Shown: one piece after another, positions 45,666 to 48,290 of the stretch
Numbering within the stretch: position 1 is the first letter of the stretch
Layout of the letters: the number at the start of each line of letters is the position of its first letter
Source of the DNA: Candidatus Sericytochromatia bacterium
Lineage (GTDB): Bacteria; Cyanobacteriota; Sericytochromatia; S15B-MN24; JAQBPE01
DNA length: 48,290 nucleotides
Direction: 5' to 3'
Assembly (NCBI GenBank): GCA_035285125.1
Contig: JAYKHR010000056.1
Span: 1-48,290 of the forward strand
Program-made: the position numbers and the translations under genes
Notes under the pieces: generated by a model
The model's input: the letters and a program-made list of their open reading frames with translations, nothing else
Databases searched by the model: none
What the model was told of the DNA's origin: nothing

Positions 45666-46118
45666 CTAGGGCAGGGGGTGCCCCTCCTCGACGCAGATGA
45701 GCTGGCCGAAGGTGGTGACGGCGCTCAGGTCGAGCTCCGGCCGCGCGGCGGCGAGCTCCTGCTTGGCCCCCTCGAGCCACCCGGCCATCTCCCCCGTCAG
45801 GGGTGCGCGGGCCTGCTCGCTGTAGGCCGCGAGGCGGGCCTCGGCGTCCTCGGGCAGGCGGGCCTTGACCCAGGCGAGGATGGCCGCGTCGTCCTTGTCG
45901 GCGTCGATCTCGGCCTTGAGGGCGTCCGCGTCGAGGCCGAGCGTGCCGAGGAAGTGGCGGTCGCCGCCGCACGGGTAGGGGATGTACTCGCCGAGCTTGC
46001 CGGCCTTCATCGCGCGCGCCTTGTCGATCAGGCGGGCGAGCCAGGGGATGCCGTCCAGCGTCTCGTAGGGGCTGCGGGGGAACTCCCGCGTCAGGTCTTT
46101 CACGGTGAAGGTGGGCAT
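45666..46118 (-). CDS. DUF5069-like protein
   Basis: PRSP...WLARLIDKARA...GEY..PC..D..FL. AGGAG RBS. Confidence 0.72.
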   Translation of the reverse strand: MPTFTVKDLTREFPRSPYETLDGIPWLARLIDKARAMKAGKLGEYIPYPCGGDRHFLGTLGLDADALKAEIDADKDDAAILAWVKARLPEDAEARLAAYSEQARAPLTGEMAGWLEGAKQELAAARPELDLSAVTTFGQLICVEEGHPLP

Positions 46119-46300
46119 GGGGTCTCCTGAGTCGGTGGGCCATCGTCACACGGGCCACCGAGGGGCACGTCCCCCAGCGTACCCCGCTGGCGGCCGGCAC
46201 CACCGCGGGTGGCCAAAGGCGCCCCCAACCCGCAAAATGAGGCGACGGACCGCAGGGCGCGCGCAGGGCGCCCGGGGCGGCTCGTTCGAGCGACACCCCC

Positions 46301-47599
46301 ATGACTGTCGAAGACGCCGCGGCCGCAGGGCTGCCCGCCCGCCCGCCCAGACGCAGCCTGCGGGCCGCGCTCGGCGTGCTGCGCCCGGGGCCCTTCCGGC
46401 GCTACATGGTCGGCGAGGCCTGCTCCACCACGGGCACCTGGATGCAGGTGATGGCCGAGGGCTGGGTGATGACGAGCCTGACGGCCTCGGAGCTGCTGCT
46501 CGGCACCGTCTCCTTTGCCACGGGGCTGCCGATGCTGCTGCTCGGCATGGCGGGCGGGGCCCTCGCCGACCGCGTCTCGCGCCGACGCATCGTGCTGGTC
46601 TGCCAGGCCGCCCAGTTCGCCCTGGCCTCCACCCTGGGCTGGCTGGTCTGGACGGGCGCCATCCAGGTCTGGCATGTCGTCGCGGTCGCCGCCTGCGCCG
46701 GGGTGGTGAACGCCTTCGAGATGCCGGCCGCCTCGTCCCTGTTGCCCGAGCTCGTGGAGCCGCACGAGATCCAGGACGCCTACGCCGTGGACCGCTCCAG
46801 CTTCCACCTCACGCGCCTGCTCGGGCCGGCGCTGGCGGGCGTGGCGATCGCGGCGTTTGGGCCGGCCGTGGCCTTCTTCGCCAACGCCCTGAGCTTCCTC
46901 CCGCTGATGGTCGCCCTGCGGACGCTGCCTGAGCCGCGGCCAGGGGCCGAGGGGGAGGCGCCAGAGCCCCCCGGTGGCATCGGCGCCGGGCTGGCCTGGG
47001 TCCGGCAGGATCCCCCCACGGCCGCGATGGTGGGCGTCATGGCCCTGCTCACGGCCTTCCCGATGCCGGTGATGCTCGTGCTGCTGCCGCTCTACGCCCG
47101 GCACTTGGGGCTCGACGCGCTGGGGATGGGGTTGCTGATGAGCGTGAACGCGGCGGGCGCCCTGCTGGGCTCGATCCTGCTGCTGCGCGTGGAGCGCCAC
47201 GAGCGGCCCCTCGTGATGGCCGCTGCCGCGCTCGGCGTGGGGGGGGGCCTGGCGGGGCTCGCCCAGTTACACTGGGCGCCGGCCTCGGCGGCCGTGCTGT
47301 TCGGGCTCTCCGTGTGCCTGGCGACCACCTTCGGCCTGACGAACACCACCATCCAGGAGCGCGTGGCTGGCCACCTGCGCGGCCGCGTCTCGGCCGTCAC
47401 GCAGCTGGTGTTCTTCGGCGGGCAGCCCTTCGCGGCGCTCGGCATGGCGGCGCTGGCCGAGGCGATCGGGATGGGGGCCGCCTTCGTGACGGCCGGGGGC
47501 TGCTACGCGCTCGGGTCGCTGGCGCTGCTCGCCGGGCCCGGGCGGCGGGCCGGCGCGGCGCCAGCAGGGCCCGCCGCGCCAGACGCCGAGGCCGCCTGA
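46301..47599 (+). CDS. MFS transporter
   Basis: About 12 TMs, GGALADRVSRR, GTWMQ, RGRV. Confidence 0.92.
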   Translation: MTVEDAAAAGLPARPPRRSLRAALGVLRPGPFRRYMVGEACSTTGTWMQVMAEGWVMTSLTASELLLGTVSFATGLPMLLLGMAGGALADRVSRRRIVLVCQAAQFALASTLGWLVWTGAIQVWHVVAVAACAGVVNAFEMPAASSLLPELVEPHEIQDAYAVDRSSFHLTRLLGPALAGVAIAAFGPAVAFFANALSFLPLMVALRTLPEPRPGAEGEAPEPPGGIGAGLAWVRQDPPTAAMVGVMALLTAFPMPVMLVLLPLYARHLGLDALGMGLLMSVNAAGALLGSILLLRVERHERPLVMAAAALGVGGGLAGLAQLHWAPASAAVLFGLSVCLATTFGLTNTTIQERVAGHLRGRVSAVTQLVFFGGQPFAALGMAALAEAIGMGAAFVTAGGCYALGSLALLAGPGRRAGAAPAGPAAPDAEAA

Positions 47600-47607
47600 A
47601 CATGGCA

Positions 47608-47638
47608 CGGCCCCCGACCGCAGGGCGATCGGGGGCCG
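47608..47638. terminator. GC-rich hairpin between convergent genes
   Basis: 10-bp stem CGGCCCCCGA/TCGGGGGCCG, no U-tract. Confidence 0.5.
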
Positions 47639-47652
47639 CGGGGCGCGCGGGC

Positions 47653-48240
47653 TCAGCGGACGGGCAGGTCCAGCACCCAGCCGGGCATGATCGCGCCGGG
47701 CTTGGTGGCGAGGCTCGGGTAGCGGTCCTTGTTCTCGGCCACGATGTCGCGCCAGCGGCTGTAGCGGCCGAGCTTCTCCACCGCGATCTCCGTCAGCGTG
47801 TCGCCGGGTCGAACCGTGTGGCGACGCACCGGGGGCTTCGGCTGGGGGGCCTCGCCCGCAGGCAAGGTCAGCACCCAGCCCGGCATCAGGAACTGCGGGC
47901 GGCTGGCCAGCGTCGGGTAGCGGCCGGCGTTGGCCTTCACCAGGTCCGTCCAGCCGTCGTAGCGGCCCAGCTGCTTCACGGCGATGTCGGTGAGGGTGTC
48001 GCCCGGGCGCACGGTGTAGGTGCGGGGGGCCGGCTTCGCGGCGGTGGGCAGGGCCAGCTGCCAGCCGGGCTGGAGGTGCTCGGGGTGCTGCGAGAGGCTG
48101 GGGTAGCGGCCCCGGTTGCCGGCCTGGAGGGCCTGCCAGCGCAGGGGGTTGCCGAGCTGCCGGTCGGCGATGGACCAGAGCGAGTCGCCGGGGCGCACGG
48201 TGTAGGAGCGGGCAACGGCGGTGGGCAGGGCTTGCAACAT
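47653..48240 (-). CDS. Protein of three LysM domains
   Basis: Three TVRPGD[ST]L..IA...LG....W...N..RYP.L......PGW.L.LP units. Confidence 0.9.
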   Translation of the reverse strand: MLQALPTAVARSYTVRPGDSLWSIADRQLGNPLRWQALQAGNRGRYPSLSQHPEHLQPGWQLALPTAAKPAPRTYTVRPGDTLTDIAVKQLGRYDGWTDLVKANAGRYPTLASRPQFLMPGWVLTLPAGEAPQPKPPVRRHTVRPGDTLTEIAVEKLGRYSRWRDIVAENKDRYPSLATKPGAIMPGWVLDLPVR

Positions 48241-48290
48241 GGGAGGAGCCTCGTATGGGGACGGCCGAAAGGGCCGGGGGGCTTGGGGTT

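Noticed and set aside
1..48290. tRNA, rRNA, transposase, integrase or prophage genes
   Set aside because: None recognised by eye. Short ncRNAs cannot be excluded without a covariance-model search.

Overview
High-GC, densely coding bacterial chromosomal segment with about 45 genes and no rRNA, tRNA, CRISPR or mobile element seen. The many lipoproteins with LIG[VI]DGG[TS] repeats suggest a non-photosynthetic cyanobacterial relative such as Ca. Sericytochromatia (inference only). Main blocks: (1) 5'-truncated RND permease, followed by a discoidin plus lysyl-oxidase-like lipoprotein. (2) A B12-dependent CarH/LitR light-response cluster (SDR, FeS-type photolyase, FAD oxidoreductase, carH, folE, SRPBCC-TIGR01777) with one operator-like motif in both divergent promoter regions. 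(3) Tandem repeat-bearing lipoproteins tipped with LecA/PA-IL-like domains, then an M14 carboxypeptidase followed in frame, after its TGA, by a third start-less LecA-like domain that the ORF track misses. (4) An operon with two UbiA prenyltransferases and a lycopene-cyclase-type membrane protein. (5) ABC pair, second M14 peptidase, EamA, pirin. (6) A glycosyltransferase / Cys-rich protein / radical SAM-SPASM cluster. (7) WD40 and multidomain lipoproteins, thioesterase, DUF3047, oligopeptidase B, PAS kinase, aldo-keto reductase, DUF5069, MFS and a triple-LysM protein. 11-bp-period YTTAACCT-like repeats precede several lipoprotein genes. All family calls come from reading motifs by eye, not from database searches.
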